Source: Candidatus Poribacteria bacterium (lineage in GTDB: Bacteria > Poribacteria > WGA-4E > PCPOR2b). From it: a stretch of DNA of 64,000 nucleotides. Position numbers and translations under genes: made by a program. How positions within the stretch are numbered: position 1 is the first letter of the stretch; the number at the start of each line of letters is the position of its first letter. Under the pieces are notes generated by a model. The model saw nothing but the letters and a program-made list of their open reading frames with translations. It did not search any database and was not told where the DNA came from. Location of the stretch: the NCBI GenBank assembly GCA_965116925.1, contig OZ220744.1, positions 3,424,001 through 3,488,000 of the forward strand, given 5' to 3'. Below, piece after piece: positions 31,410 to 42,746 of this stretch.

Positions 31410-31900
31410 CTGGAGCGCGGGGATCGAACCTATTGCGGTTCTATAGACATATCGCTCCTCTGGAGCGGAAGCAAAACCCGAAATCGTAGGGGCGAGGTTT
31501 CCTCGTCCATCGGGTTGGGAGACCCAACCCCTACGGATTCAAACTCCCATCCTCTCGTCTTCTCCTTGTTTCTCTTTGCATCCTTGCGCTCTTGCGTTAA
31601 ATTGTTTTTTATAGTAGATTTTAGAATTAATGGGACACGCCAAACCGGTGCGGTTACAAACCGCACCTACCGGGGAGGCGCAAGTGTTTCTTTATTTTTT
31701 GAATTCACTATAATTGCATCAATGCACCAATAACACCATTTGGTTGTCGAGATATGAATCTCGACCTACAATCTCCTTTTGTACCACGATCTGTTAGATT
31801 GTGATCTCAGCCTGCAAACTAACAGTTTGCACTACTTATGGCGGATTACCTGATAATTACAGCATTTACCGAATAAGCAGCTTCAAAGTGTCAACACGCC

Positions 31901-32992
31901 CTAATGAACCGATGCACTATCAACGCGGTGCCGATTGATGAAATCCCAGTCTAATTCTAAGCCCAACCCCGGCTTATCGGTCATGGCGATCTGTCCGTCT
32001 ACCACCTGGAACGGCGAATCATATAGCTTCGACCAAATCTGGAACGGTTCGCAGCTGGGGCACGCAGGCACCATGAGACCGTTAGGCACCGCGGCGACGA
32101 GGTGGCAGTTGACATCTGGGAACTGTGCGCCGTGTGGTGCGATGGGTAGATGATACGCCTCGCAAAGTGCCGCGATTCGCATAAGTCCGGTATAGCCACC
32201 GCCGATCAGGATATCCGTCTGTACCAGTTGAAGGGCCCCTTCATTGATGAGTCTTCTTATGCCGTAGAGGGTTCCTTCACCCTCTGCACCGGCGACGATT
32301 GCGCTCGTGGCTTCCTGCACCATCCGCATGTAGAGTGGCTCATCGTCTAGTCGGACCGGCTCCTCTATCCAATACAGGTTATAAGGTTCAAGCTCACGGA
32401 CAGCCGCCACCGCGACCTTCCCAGACCAAGCGCGAGATACATCTATCATCAGTTTCTTATCGGGTCCGAGAACCTCCCTCGAAAGGCGTACCTTGTCCAA
32501 CACCTCTTGGGGTGTGCAGCTGTTAAAGTGCAGCTTAATCGCATCAAAGCCCAGATCGGCGTGCTCTTTGACCTCGTCGGCAACCTCTTCTGGGGACTGA
32601 TCGATGTAGCCGATGCCATCAGCATAGGCGAGGACTGTATCCGTGTAGCCGCCGAGCAGTCGCCATACCGGTTGACCACAAGCCTTTCCGTACAGATCCC
32701 ACAGCGCAATATCCAGCGCACCTATTGAGGACATGGCAGCGCGTCCCGGTCCGCGATACCGCCATGCCGACTCGTACATCTGATCCCAGAGTCGGGCAAT
32801 TTGTCGCGGATCCTGACCGATGAGGACGGGAGCGAGATCACGGGAAATCAGTTGGGGATTTCCGCCTCGACCGAAGCCTGTCAAACCTTCGTCGGTGTGT
32901 ATGAGGACATTTGTCCACTCTCTATTTATCCCTGTTTCAGGCAATCCGAATGGGTGTTTCAGGACGATAGATTCTATCTGCGTAATACGCAT
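31901..32992 (-). CDS. Mandelate racemase/muconate lactonizing (enolase superfamily) enzyme
   Basis: LDIALWDLYGK..GQPVWRLLGG, LMID, WIEEP, APH; GGAGG RBS before 32992. Confidence 0.9.
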   Translation of the reverse strand: MRITQIESIVLKHPFGLPETGINREWTNVLIHTDEGLTGFGRGGNPQLISRDLAPVLIGQDPRQIARLWDQMYESAWRYRGPGRAAMSSIGALDIALWDLYGKACGQPVWRLLGGYTDTVLAYADGIGYIDQSPEEVADEVKEHADLGFDAIKLHFNSCTPQEVLDKVRLSREVLGPDKKLMIDVSRAWSGKVAVAAVRELEPYNLYWIEEPVRLDDEPLYMRMVQEATSAIVAGAEGEGTLYGIRRLINEGALQLVQTDILIGGGYTGLMRIAALCEAYHLPIAPHGAQFPDVNCHLVAAVPNGLMVPACPSCEPFQIWSKLYDSPFQVVDGQIAMTDKPGLGLELDWDFINRHRVDSASVH

Positions 32993-33323
32993 CCGGTATC
33001 TCCTCCGCTCTTCATGAATGTCTTTGCTCATGTTAGGCAGTCGTGCAACAGAACCCGAGTGTTTCCGAAAAAACTCGGGTTATCTTCGCGCTTTGCCGCA
33101 CGATTTTGATTATAAGGATATATGAATCTTGGTCAAGAAAAAAGTTCGTGAAACGTGAAACGTGAAACGTGATGAACCGATGAACTATGGTGGGTTTTAG
33201 AGTTAATTAGACACTGTAGCGCGAACTGTTAGTTTGCAGGTTTGGATCACAATCTAACAGATCGTGGTACAAAAGACTATCTCCTTTTAATGTCTATTTA
33301 TTCTTAGAATTTACTATAATGAA

Positions 33324-34235
33324 CTATTTAACGCTTGGGGAGCGGTTAATGGTGTAGATGCCGAGTGCAACTAACGCTGCCCCGATAGTGAGCCCCATGG
33401 TAATTGGCTCACCGATGAGGAGGTTGCTCAGTAAGATTCCCCAGAGCGGTGTCGTGAAAAAGAATACGGAAAGTCGGCTGGGTGGGTAATCCTTTAGTAG
33501 GAGCGTCCATGCGACGAAACAGAACCCTGCGATGCCAGCGCCTTGGTACAGAATTGCAAACAGTGCGGGGAAGGAGAAGCCGTATCCCGCCCTGCCCTCA
33601 AAAATCGCGCTCAGAGTGAAAAAGGTGGGGACACCAATGACCATCTGTGAGACCAATACACAGTAGGTATTGATATTTTGGATAAGGCGATTGGTAACGA
33701 CGATAAGGAGTCCGAGCAGAAACCCACCGAGCAGCGTCAGGAGGTCGCCGATCAGAAATTCTCCTGTAGCACCGATGAAGTTGTCACGAAACACGAAACA
33801 GATTCCACCGAAGGCGAAGGCTAGTCCAAGCCCCTTCCGGCGCGTCATCTGATCACCCGGAACAACAAAGTGTGCGATAAGGGCGACAAAAAGCGGGTAA
33901 GTGTTTGTCATGACGGCGGTTCTACCCGCGCGCGTAAAGTCCGCCCCTACATTGAGCGCAGCGATCTGCGTTATAAATAGGATGGCAGTCAAAAACAGTC
34001 GCAGGTACTCGTGCCGCTGCGGCTTAATTGATATGCCGTTAGCCGAAGCCCAACTCGCAATGAGGATAAGTCCAATTGTAAATCTGAGTCCCGCCGAGGC
34101 GAATGGGGAAAATTCTTGGAGCCCAATTTTGAGGGAGACAGCGTTACCGCCCCAAAGCATCGCTAGAAAAAGGACAAAGAGGATAACTCTGGGTGGGATA
34201 ATATTTTGATTAGTTGGGTAAAGGGTTCGGCTCAT
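33324..34235 (-). CDS. EamA/DMT family transporter
   Basis: About 10 hydrophobic segments, LWGG, LIGEPIT. Confidence 0.88.
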   Translation of the reverse strand: MSRTLYPTNQNIIPPRVILFVLFLAMLWGGNAVSLKIGLQEFSPFASAGLRFTIGLILIASWASANGISIKPQRHEYLRLFLTAILFITQIAALNVGADFTRAGRTAVMTNTYPLFVALIAHFVVPGDQMTRRKGLGLAFAFGGICFVFRDNFIGATGEFLIGDLLTLLGGFLLGLLIVVTNRLIQNINTYCVLVSQMVIGVPTFFTLSAIFEGRAGYGFSFPALFAILYQGAGIAGFCFVAWTLLLKDYPPSRLSVFFFTTPLWGILLSNLLIGEPITMGLTIGAALVALGIYTINRSPSVK

Positions 34236-34461
34236 GTCAAGAGAAAGTGCAAAAAGCGTGAAACGTGATGCGTGATTCGTGATTAGGAGAAAGGAACATT
34301 TTGTAAAATAGAATCTATGTTCTCCATTTTGTAAGTGTGCCCAGTTTCACGCACACTCCCCTGACGTTGTTGTGGAATCAGTGTCAGTAGCAGCCGAATA
34401 ATTTGTGTCAGAAGACTCAGGCGATGGGTAGTGCCCGCTTTCACGCATCACGTTTCACGCA

Positions 34462-35607
34462 TCAATATTGGCGACGATGCCAATCATCCTCCCACAAATT
34501 GAACGATCCCTCACGATAAGGGTGTTCGGCGATCAGGTCTTCGTTCAGTGTCATGCCGAGACCGGGACCGTTTGGCAAGCTGAAATAGCCATCAATCACT
34601 TCGGGGCAACCGGTCGCTGCCTCTTTGACCCACGCTTCTGAGAAGTCATTGAAATGTTCCTGAATCTTGAAGTTAGGCGTGGAGGCAGAGAAGTGCAATG
34701 CGATTGCAGTAGACACGGGACCGCCCACATTGTGCGGCGCAACGAGCATATAACACATATCCCCAATGGCTGCGATTTTCTTCGTCTCTAGAAAGCCGCC
34801 CGTTTGTGTGATGTCAGGTTGGAGGATATCCGCCGCTTGGAGATTAATCAGTTCACGATACTCAAACTTGTGGTGGAGTCGTTCGCCTGTGGCGACGGGA
34901 ATATTAATGCTTTCCTCTGCTTTTGCCAATGCCGCGAGATTATCGGGCGGGACCGGTTCTTCGACCCAACTTGGCTCGAACGGTTCCAATTCGCGTGCTA
35001 TCTGGATAGCCATTGCGGGACTGAAGCGTCCGTGCATCTCAATCAAGATCTCTACTTCGGGTCCTACCGAATCGCGTACCGCTTCGACCAGCGAGACGGA
35101 TCTCAGCCTTTCCTCATAAGAGAGTTCGTAGAAGCCTGCGCCGAAGGGATCAAACTTGAGTGCCTTGTAACCTTTTTCCAGTACCGGCTTGGCAGCGGCG
35201 TGAAATTCTTCGGGGGTGCGTTCCACCTTGTACCAACCGTTGGCGTATGCCTTCATCTTGTCCCGACACGCGCCTCCGAGCAGTCGATACACCGGCTGGT
35301 CCAGCACCTTTCCGATGATGTCCCAACAGGCGATTTCGACGACGCTAATTCCCGTTGCGACAATCTCACCGGCACGTCCATAATCGTTACGGAACATCCG
35401 CAGGTAGAGGTCTTCGGTATTGAACGGATCGCTACCGATAACGTGTCGCTTCTTTGCACCATCGAGATATGCAACCAGTGCGTCCGTGCGGTTGTTCATC
35501 CGCACCTCGCTGACGCCGGTTAATCCTTCGTCGGTTTCTACTTTGACAAAGGTCAGGTTGCGCCAACTGGTGCCCATAACTAATGTCTTGACATCGGTAA
35601 TTTTCAA
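34462..35607 (-). CDS. Enolase-superfamily dehydratase (galactonate dehydratase-like)
   Basis: KAYANGW, KALKFDPFG, EMHGRF, WVEEP, ATGER, QPD, APHN; TTG start. Confidence 0.88.
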   Translation of the reverse strand: MKITDVKTLVMGTSWRNLTFVKVETDEGLTGVSEVRMNNRTDALVAYLDGAKKRHVIGSDPFNTEDLYLRMFRNDYGRAGEIVATGISVVEIACWDIIGKVLDQPVYRLLGGACRDKMKAYANGWYKVERTPEEFHAAAKPVLEKGYKALKFDPFGAGFYELSYEERLRSVSLVEAVRDSVGPEVEILIEMHGRFSPAMAIQIARELEPFEPSWVEEPVPPDNLAALAKAEESINIPVATGERLHHKFEYRELINLQAADILQPDITQTGGFLETKKIAAIGDMCYMLVAPHNVGGPVSTAIALHFSASTPNFKIQEHFNDFSEAWVKEAATGCPEVIDGYFSLPNGPGLGMTLNEDLIAEHPYREGSFNLWEDDWHRRQY

Positions 35608-36262
35608 TATTGCGTCTCCTTGTTATCTTGGATTCCAAGATGTTGTTTCTTTGATTTACAGTTGAATGCACACCGCTGTAACGCGAGGCAGCCCGTAGGT
35701 TGGGTTGAACGGAATTTATGACAAACGCCACACATTGTAATTGGACTTAGAGGGACAATTCTGATTGAAATCTTACAAGTGGAGTAAAACCCAACATTTA
35801 TAGTAGATTTTAGAATTAATGAGACACTCCAAATCGGCGCAGTTGGAAACAGCGCCTACCAAACATGGGGCGCGAAAGTGTCTGTTTATTTTTTGAATTC
35901 ACTATAATCGTCGTTGGACTGAGATGTTGGGTTTCACTCTCGCTATCTACAAGACGGTGTTGTTGAAATGCAGCACATCTATTGTCGTTGATAGGGGAAC
36001 TAGCTTTAACCGTTCAACCCAACCTACGATAACCTAAAGTTGCTAGGGCGTGTTGACATTTTGATGTTGCTAATTCGGTAAACGCCATAATCATCGGGTA
36101 ATCTGGCAAATGTAGCGTAAACTGTTAGTTTGCGAACTGAGATCACAATCTAACAGATTGTGGTACAGAAGATTCGTTACGATACTATGTGGCTCATTCG
36201 CTCATGGGTATTATACTTGATCTCAAAAGCGTTGTGTTGGAAAAAGTTGGGTTCGGAACGAA

Positions 36263-36958
36263 TCACTCGTGGGGGATGATGCGGCGCTTGAGTTCGGCCA
36301 TGTTGAAACGATCGCTCTCTAGGAAATCGAAATACTCTGCTTCCTCCTCATGAACCGCCTCCGATCGTTTCACCACATCTGCGGCGATGTCGATGGGGAC
36401 GGAGACCAGGCCGCTTTCGTCGCCGTGCAGCAAGTCGCCCGGTGAAATGGTCAAACCACAGACCGATACCGTCACGTTGAAGTCGATGTATACGCCGTAA
36501 CCGTGTGAGACGACCCACCCGGTCGAAAAGACATGAAAATCCGGTGTGCGTTGACGGATAGCGCTTCGGTCACGTCCGTTGGCGTCAGTAACAAACCCCA
36601 CGCAGCCCAATTTGCTTGCAATCGTGCAGAACATATCGCCGAACAGGCAGCACCGCTTGCGGTCATGCCCGACGTGCTGGACAACGAGCACCGATGGCTT
36701 AGGTGCCGCATCAATCGCCTCCACCAGATCATCAACGCGCGAGGATCTTGTGTCGCCGGGTGTGGTGGTATCGGCTGTCACCGTGAGGGCGTAGCCAACC
36801 ATCGGCGCAGCGATTTCAGGCATCTGGCAGATCAGCTCATTGTTGGCATAACCCATAGTTGGGTCGCGCACTTCAAAATGTTCAATTGCATTGGCAACTG
36901 TCGCGCTATCATGCTGTCGCAGCCCTTCGATTAGTTGCGGTGATTGTATTTGACTCAT
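36263..36958 (-). CDS. RraA family protein (HMG aldolase-like)
   Basis: ANAIE, VGYALT, FGD, GRD, PGDLLHGDESG. Confidence 0.85.
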   Translation of the reverse strand: MSQIQSPQLIEGLRQHDSATVANAIEHFEVRDPTMGYANNELICQMPEIAAPMVGYALTVTADTTTPGDTRSSRVDDLVEAIDAAPKPSVLVVQHVGHDRKRCCLFGDMFCTIASKLGCVGFVTDANGRDRSAIRQRTPDFHVFSTGWVVSHGYGVYIDFNVTVSVCGLTISPGDLLHGDESGLVSVPIDIAADVVKRSEAVHEEEAEYFDFLESDRFNMAELKRRIIPHE

Positions 36959-37108
36959 TTGGAATACCCTTTCCTTGATTGAGGTTAGGTGCTGCCGGTC
37001 CCCGGACATCACCATCGCCTTTTATGGCTGGCATTACAAAGCGAGAATGGCACAATGTTGAGCAGCGGTCACGGCACGCGGAGCGTGCCTATTACTATGG
37101 TTACACAG

Positions 37109-37963
37109 CTAGAACGGCGCAATGTTGAGCACCGCCTGCTCTTCAGGTGTCAGCGCGGCAATCTGTTCCTCGGTCATACCTCTGAAATGCGTGTTCGGTG
37201 GAACTCCAGCCTCAAGTCCCCAGATGCGTCGCTCGGCTTCGGTCATCGCTGCGCGAACCTCCGGCGACACATAGCGGTAGGAATCGTTGAACCCTTTAAT
37301 CCACCACCGCTGGAAGTAGAAAATCAGTGCGTATCGTGGGCTATCGCTGGAATTGATTCCCGCAGTGTGCCATAGACTCGAATCCCACAGAAATACCGAT
37401 CCCGCCGGTGCCTCAGCGATGATGCCGCCCGGTGGTAGGGTTTCCGGTTCTTCGGGTGGAATTTCGAGGGACAGGTGTGAGCGGGGCCAAATCATTGGCG
37501 CACCTGTTTCCTCTGTGAAATCGACCATCGCCCACACAGACTGAATCGCCATCGGGTAGTGTGCCCCGCCGATGAAAGGTTTTACAGTGAAGTCTGCCCA
37601 GTCAGCGTGTAGATTGCCGCCCAGTCGGGTTGCGTCCTTTTTACCAGTTGGCATTGGGGTTCGTATGACTACGTCGTGGGCAAACATATCCTCGCCCAGC
37701 AGGCGGCGGGCGACGTCGATTGGTGCCGGGTTGCGAAGCGGCATGCCGTAGAAGTGTGGATGCTTGCCTTGGACGTTGAACGCGTGTCGAAGGTGCTCGT
37801 TCTGCAAGCCGTATTTACGGGCGATCGCTTCTTCGGCAGCCAATGTCTCTTCGATCGCCTGCTTGGTCGCTTCAAGTTCCGATGGTGGGATGACGTTGTG
37901 CATAACGGTGTAGCCGTCCCGTTCCAATTCGGTTGCGTGTCGTTCAATGTCGAAGGTTTTCAT
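37109..37963 (-). CDS. PhyH-family dioxygenase
   Basis: LHAD, DFTEETGA..IWPRSH, PAGSVFLWDSSLWH. Confidence 0.88.
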   Translation of the reverse strand: MKTFDIERHATELERDGYTVMHNVIPPSELEATKQAIEETLAAEEAIARKYGLQNEHLRHAFNVQGKHPHFYGMPLRNPAPIDVARRLLGEDMFAHDVVIRTPMPTGKKDATRLGGNLHADWADFTVKPFIGGAHYPMAIQSVWAMVDFTEETGAPMIWPRSHLSLEIPPEEPETLPPGGIIAEAPAGSVFLWDSSLWHTAGINSSDSPRYALIFYFQRWWIKGFNDSYRYVSPEVRAAMTEAERRIWGLEAGVPPNTHFRGMTEEQIAALTPEEQAVLNIAPF

Positions 37964-38417
37964 GGCATTTCTCCTGCTGTCTGATGCTGATATGCTTGCT
38001 ATAGATAGATTTGGGGTAGCTCTGCTTGGACCCTTGGACATGTATTATCGGCAGGTAAAATACGACGCGGGACCACGGTTGGGTAAACTGGGGTGGCAGA
38101 CCGGATACGGTTATGAAAATCGAATATATCGTTGATGGCAGTATATGTGATTATAGCACTACAGGCAATCGCCCCGAAAACAGCTTTGCTCCGATTCACC
38201 CTCCAATTCATCCCACCCCCACGGGGCGGACATCGTAAATCTGTGTAGCCGTGGGTGCATTGGCTATTATAGTAGATATCCTCGAAAATTGTCAAGCGGT
38301 TACGAGCAGGTCACTCACAACGTTTTCGGTTGCAGAGAAACACATCGTCGTAAGAGAATAAAATCTCTAATAAGAAAGTTTTTATAAAAATTATTTACTA
38401 TAAAGCAAAAAAAATAG

Positions 38418-38577
38418 TTGACAATGGTCAAAAAGTTTGGTATAATTCCCCCGTCTTGATAAAACAAGGCGAAGAAATACCCATCAGAATATCTGCGTGG
38501 ATCTACCCCGGATGGGGCGGTATCCAGAGGAAAGGGCCCTCTTGATACTGCTCTGTTCGGGGTTTTTTGTTTTAGGA
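38418..38577 (+). promoter_or_regulatory. Consensus sigma70 promoter (TTGACA-17-TATAAT) plus conserved structured leader, copy A
   Basis: TTGACA at 38418, TATAAT at 38441; leader blocks shared with the copies at 40725 and 58196. Confidence 0.8.
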
Positions 38578-38587
38578 AAGGGCAATG

Positions 38588-38626
38588 ATGCAACATAGAG
38601 ACTTTTGGGATTCAATCATCGAATAG
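38588..38626 (+). pseudogene. Truncated copy of the small YezD/DUF2292-like gene
   Basis: MQHRDFWDSIIE* versus MRHKDFWDSIIEQ... at 40941. Confidence 0.7.
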
Positions 38627-38869
38627 GTGGTTGATAGGGGTTCGCTTTTAACCGTTCAACCTAACCTGCTGAACTATGTTTTTCTGTGGAGTCCGACTGA
38701 GCTTCGGGTTGTGCCGAACCGATCTGAGGGGAAGGGGTTAACGCCAGACGATGAAGCTGGCCATTGAGAAGTTGAACAACATCAACCAGAGTATTATCAC
38801 GTTCGACGATCATATCCAGCAATTAGAGGAGAAAGTTAAGTAACCCATCATTAAGAAGGAGAAATTAAA

Positions 38870-39505
38870 ATGCCACTGACTGTTGCAGGACCGAGACGGT
38901 TGGGTAGTTTGGAAAAGGATGTAATTAATTTTGTTTTTGATCACACGATTGATCCGGATGAGTTGTGGATTACGATTCCTGAGAATATCATTTATCCGAA
39001 TGATTGGGGAAGTGGGGCCTATCAGGCACCGGACTTGATTAAGATCAGTCGGGCGGCGCATCTTCATACTGACGACTTAAATTGGCATTCGACCATAGAG
39101 AACACCGATTGGACGAATATCAATAACTTTGAATATGTGGGACGGCTTGTCCATGAAGCTTGTCATCACTGGCAAAGGATTCACGACCGATATAATAATG
39201 CCGGGACGGACTATACATTTAATGGACAGATGTTAGCGAATCTTGATTTTGCGAACAAGGAGCAACATGCGTCGGCTGCACAGATTTACCTTATCGTGAA
39301 ATGGCAGCTAGAGCGCGGTATCCAGCTTGTGAATTTGACGGATGGCACGGCTTATGGAATCCAGAACATCGGGCCCATGAATAGGATGCTTCGGATCGAA
39401 TTGATTCCGCTTGACGACGATAACAATCGGATTGTGACTCAGGGAGTTGCAAACTCAATCGTATCGGATTTCGATGCGTATTTGGAGGAACTAAGAGGTG
39501 TTTAG
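38870..39505 (+). CDS. HExxH metallopeptidase-like paralog P1
   Basis: MPL..GPRRLGSLE N-terminus, LVHEACHHWQ, KEQHASAA; no signal peptide. Confidence 0.75.
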   Translation: MPLTVAGPRRLGSLEKDVINFVFDHTIDPDELWITIPENIIYPNDWGSGAYQAPDLIKISRAAHLHTDDLNWHSTIENTDWTNINNFEYVGRLVHEACHHWQRIHDRYNNAGTDYTFNGQMLANLDFANKEQHASAAQIYLIVKWQLERGIQLVNLTDGTAYGIQNIGPMNRMLRIELIPLDDDNNRIVTQGVANSIVSDFDAYLEELRGV

Positions 39506-39603
39506 CCTGTTAACCTCTTGAAGCCAAAAGCTACAAATCTCCTAACACGCGAAGGAGATTATAACATTACTTGCTTACGTTGGAGTGTCCGACAGTTTTC
39601 GAG

Positions 39604-40407
39604 TTAATCCTTTGTCGTAAATGTGATAGTGGTTTCGAGTGTCTGACACCCAGTATCCTGAACTAAGAGATCCATAACGTAGGTTGTACCATGGCGAAGG
39701 AGAGAACACTGATTCGGGGGTGTGAGTGTCACCGTGATAAGTTTATCCCATTGAGCCGTCCAACCGAGTGTTGGGCCCTCTTTAGGGCGGAGGTCAAACT
39801 GAGATGTGGCGATGTTGCCCTTTGAAAACGTGATAGTGATTCCGTCCCGATTCAAGGGGGCAGGGGCAATGTCCACATCACCATCATATATGCTGGCAAA
39901 TGCAATGACAAGTTTTGTAGGATCAAAAGCAGATGCAGCTTTCCCAGGTCTGGTCTTTGTCGTAAATGTGATAGTACCGTCAGTTTTCCAAGAGCTGAAA
40001 TCCTGAACAACAAAATCAATGGTGTAGGTCATACCGGGGCGAAGTACAGAACACAGATGCGGCGGCGTGAGTGTTACCGTTTGTCCATCTGCATACCACG
40101 CCACCCTCCAGTCGAGCGAAGTGCCTTCTTTATCGTGTAGGTTAAAGTGAGATAGAGAGACTCGTTCAGAGAATATAATACGTATTCCTTCACGATTCAA
40201 TGGTTCAGGGTCTACGTCAGTATCACCATCAGTGATGCTGCTTGCTGTAATGATAGGTCCTGAGAGGTCCAAAGATGCCGCTGCTTGAGACAGTTGGTTT
40301 GCAACGACTTTAATTTCGGCGAGATCTTCGTTCGGCTCTGAGACCGGGTTTTGGTTCCCGCAGCCGAGAATCAGGATAGTGAACATCAATAGAGTGAGTT
40401 TTTTCAT
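39604..40407 (-). CDS. Ig-like domain lipoprotein L1 (2 domains)
   Basis: ILILGC lipobox; DGxxDVDPEPLN..GI.I.FS...VTLTP...L..G.TY...ITFTT unit twice. Confidence 0.75.
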   Translation of the reverse strand: MKKLTLLMFTILILGCGNQNPVSEPNEDLAEIKVVANQLSQAAASLDLSGPIITASSITDGDTDVDPEPLNREGIRIIFSERVSLSHFNLHDKEGTSLDWRVAWYADGQTVTLTPPHLCSVLRPGMTYTIDFVVQDFSSWKTDGTITFTTKTRPGKAASAFDPTKLVIAFASIYDGDVDIAPAPLNRDGITITFSKGNIATSQFDLRPKEGPTLGWTAQWDKLITVTLTPPNQCSLLRHGTTYVMDLLVQDTGCQTLETTITFTTKD

Positions 40408-40724
40408 GGGAGACCTCCTTACGTGAAACGTGATGGGTAAAATGCCATTCCCCCAATGTATCGGGGACGAGTCGGGATGTGAAAACGTGAAAATGGGAAT
40501 TTCACATTAGTTTCCTTATTTATAGTAGATTTTAGAATTAATGAGACACTCTAAATCGGCGCAGTTACAAACAGCGCCTACCAAACATGGGGAGCGAAAG
40601 TGCCCGTTTATTTTTTGAATTCACTATAGTTCATTGGTTCAACTGAAGCAGGTAAATCTTAAATAATTAATTGCAACTCACTGGGGTTTACTTCAGAAAA
40701 AAGCAGGGTTTCTCCCCAAAAAAA

Positions 40725-40925
40725 TTAGCGATAGTCAAAAAGTTTGGTATAATTCTCTCGTCTTGATAAAACAAGGCGAAATGATACCCATCGGAATATC
40801 TGCGTGGATCTACCCCGGATGGGGCGGTATCTTTGTTGGTTCATCAGTTCATTGGTTCATTAGTTCATTGAATGAGCCGGTGGACCGATGAACGCACATA
40901 GCTGCTCTATTTGGGGTTTTTTGTT
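40725..40925 (+). promoter_or_regulatory. Promoter plus structured leader, copy B (degenerate -35)
   Basis: TATAAT at 40748 followed by the same TCTTGATAAAACAAG and GAATATCTGCGTGGATCTACCCCGGATGGGGCGGTATC blocks. Confidence 0.7.
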
Positions 40926-40940
40926 TTAGGAAAGGGCACG

Positions 40941-41120
40941 ATGCGACATAAAGACTTTTGGGATTCAATCATCGAACAGATTGAGCGGTTCAGGCGAGAA
41001 AACCGGTTCGGCACGGTGCAGCTGAAGATTCGGAATCATGAGATTGTGCATTTTGAGATGACCCCCGTGATGCGGGGAGAGCTGCCAAAACGGCGGAATC
41101 AGAGGGAGAGCGCTGAGTGA
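40941..41120 (+). CDS. Small protein resembling YezD/DUF2292
   Basis: 59 aa; RFGTVQLKIRNHEIVHFE pattern; first gene behind leader copy B. Confidence 0.5.
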   Translation: MRHKDFWDSIIEQIERFRRENRFGTVQLKIRNHEIVHFEMTPVMRGELPKRRNQRESAE

Positions 41121-41145
41121 AACGTGAACAGGAGAAACCGGTGAT

Positions 41146-41271
41146 ATGGGGAAATATGGTTATTTTGCTAGCTATGAACACGAGTTGACGGATCCAAGAC
41201 TGAGAGAACGCTATGTTTGTGCAGAATCCACGCAACGTTCACGGGGTACTCGAAGGACTGAGTACTTTTAG
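41146..41271 (+). pseudogene. C-terminal relic of a peptidase paralog
   Basis: YFASYEHELTDPRLRERYVCAESTQ aligns with the P8 end NFRDYILDLQDAGIRKRSVCAEAMQ. Confidence 0.5.
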
Positions 41272-41431
41272 CCAGACTCACGTAGGTGAGCTGCCACTGA
41301 CCGATCCATCGTGGAGTGTCAGGCAGCGTGGATGAGTGCTGCTCGACAGTCAGGTAGATGTGCCCGCCCCATTACCAGTTTCAGCCGCCGATAATAGCGA
41401 CAGGCGCGTAGATCCACTTTCACGCTTTATA

Positions 41432-41887
41432 CTAGGGCTTTGGCTTCGTCCGAAACCGTATCTCAAACCTGAAGCTATGACATGCGAGATCTTGAACGTA
41501 CATCTTAATCACGTACTCAGTATCAAATTCCAACTCCTGATCGGCAATGGGAGTTAACATTACAGCTGATGTGACAACGTCCGATAGACCGGTACCCGCC
41601 CAATGAAGGGGCTTTCCTTCACGGAAGAAATCAACCTTACGCATCTTGAGATCTTCATCAAAATCGAAGCGCAAACCTCTATTAGCCAGTTCAGGGTCGA
41701 CGTCATCTTGTCCGTCCCACACGGTGGCGAATATGATTTGCAAATCTATATCAACCCGCAAGTGTTCACCTGATGCTACGGTGGGTATGTGTTCTTCGAT
41801 AATGGGTTCTGATTCTTCGACTACCGACGTTTCAGTGCCGCAGCCGAGGATCAGAATGGCGAACATCAATAGAGATAGTTTCTTCAT
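41432..41887 (-). CDS. Ig-like domain lipoprotein L2
   Basis: MKKLSLLMFAILILGC; one domain; ends FRTKPKP. Confidence 0.75.
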   Translation of the reverse strand: MKKLSLLMFAILILGCGTETSVVEESEPIIEEHIPTVASGEHLRVDIDLQIIFATVWDGQDDVDPELANRGLRFDFDEDLKMRKVDFFREGKPLHWAGTGLSDVVTSAVMLTPIADQELEFDTEYVIKMYVQDLACHSFRFEIRFRTKPKP

Positions 41888-41926
41888 GAGTTTCCTCCTT
41901 AGGGCTCGAGCAAGTAGTGGAGCTTT

Positions 41927-42385
41927 TTAGCGTGGCTTCGTCCGAAATTTCATCTGTGTGTTCACGGCATTACATGCGGAACCTTGAGCATATATTTGAA
42001 GCCAGTACTCAGTGTTGTATTCCAACAATCGACTGTCCTCCATAGGCATAAGATGGATTTGGTTTCCAATGTCCCAGTCATCAACGATATCGCGAGGGGA
42101 CCAATTGGGAAGTTCACCGGCAATACGCCCAAATACAACGTAGTACATACTAAGAGGTTCTGTAAATTCGATGATAATTCCGTCGCGATTCAACAGTTCA
42201 GGATCGGCATCAACCTCGCCGTCAAGCACGTTACCGCCTACGATTTGCGGCGGAGCGATGGGTTCCTCTTCTATCACAACGGGTGGTGTTTCTTCGATAA
42301 TAGGCTCTGGCTCTTCGATAATGGTTGTCTCGTTGCCGCAGCCGAGAACCAGAATAACGAACATCAAGAGAGAAAGTTTTTTCAT
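41927..42385 (-). CDS. Ig-like domain lipoprotein L3
   Basis: Same signal peptide and lipobox; paralog of L10. Confidence 0.75.
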   Translation of the reverse strand: MKKLSLLMFVILVLGCGNETTIIEEPEPIIEETPPVVIEEEPIAPPQIVGGNVLDGEVDADPELLNRDGIIIEFTEPLSMYYVVFGRIAGELPNWSPRDIVDDWDIGNQIHLMPMEDSRLLEYNTEYWLQIYAQGSACNAVNTQMKFRTKPR

Positions 42386-42746
42386 GGGATACCTCCTGAA
42401 GAATAATGCGTAAGAGGAAACGGAACGGCAATCTCCGTTCCCTACGAAGGGTAGGTCTTAAATAATTACATGCCGTTCACTTCGATTTGTTTCAAAAAAA
42501 GAGGGAGGCTCTCTGGAACGATTGAAGGATTTTTAGATGCCACTGTTGCAATTACTACTTTGCGATGGGCGTTTACCAACTTCTCTTGAGAGAGATACTG
42601 ACGTGCCTACAGCACAGGTTCGTAATTGGGGTTAATATGGAAAATCAACGAAGTCACACGCTGTCCACTATGACTTTTACAGCATTTTGAGATGACCCCC
42701 GTGATGCGGGGAGAGCTGCCAAAACGGCGGAATCAGAGGGAAGGCA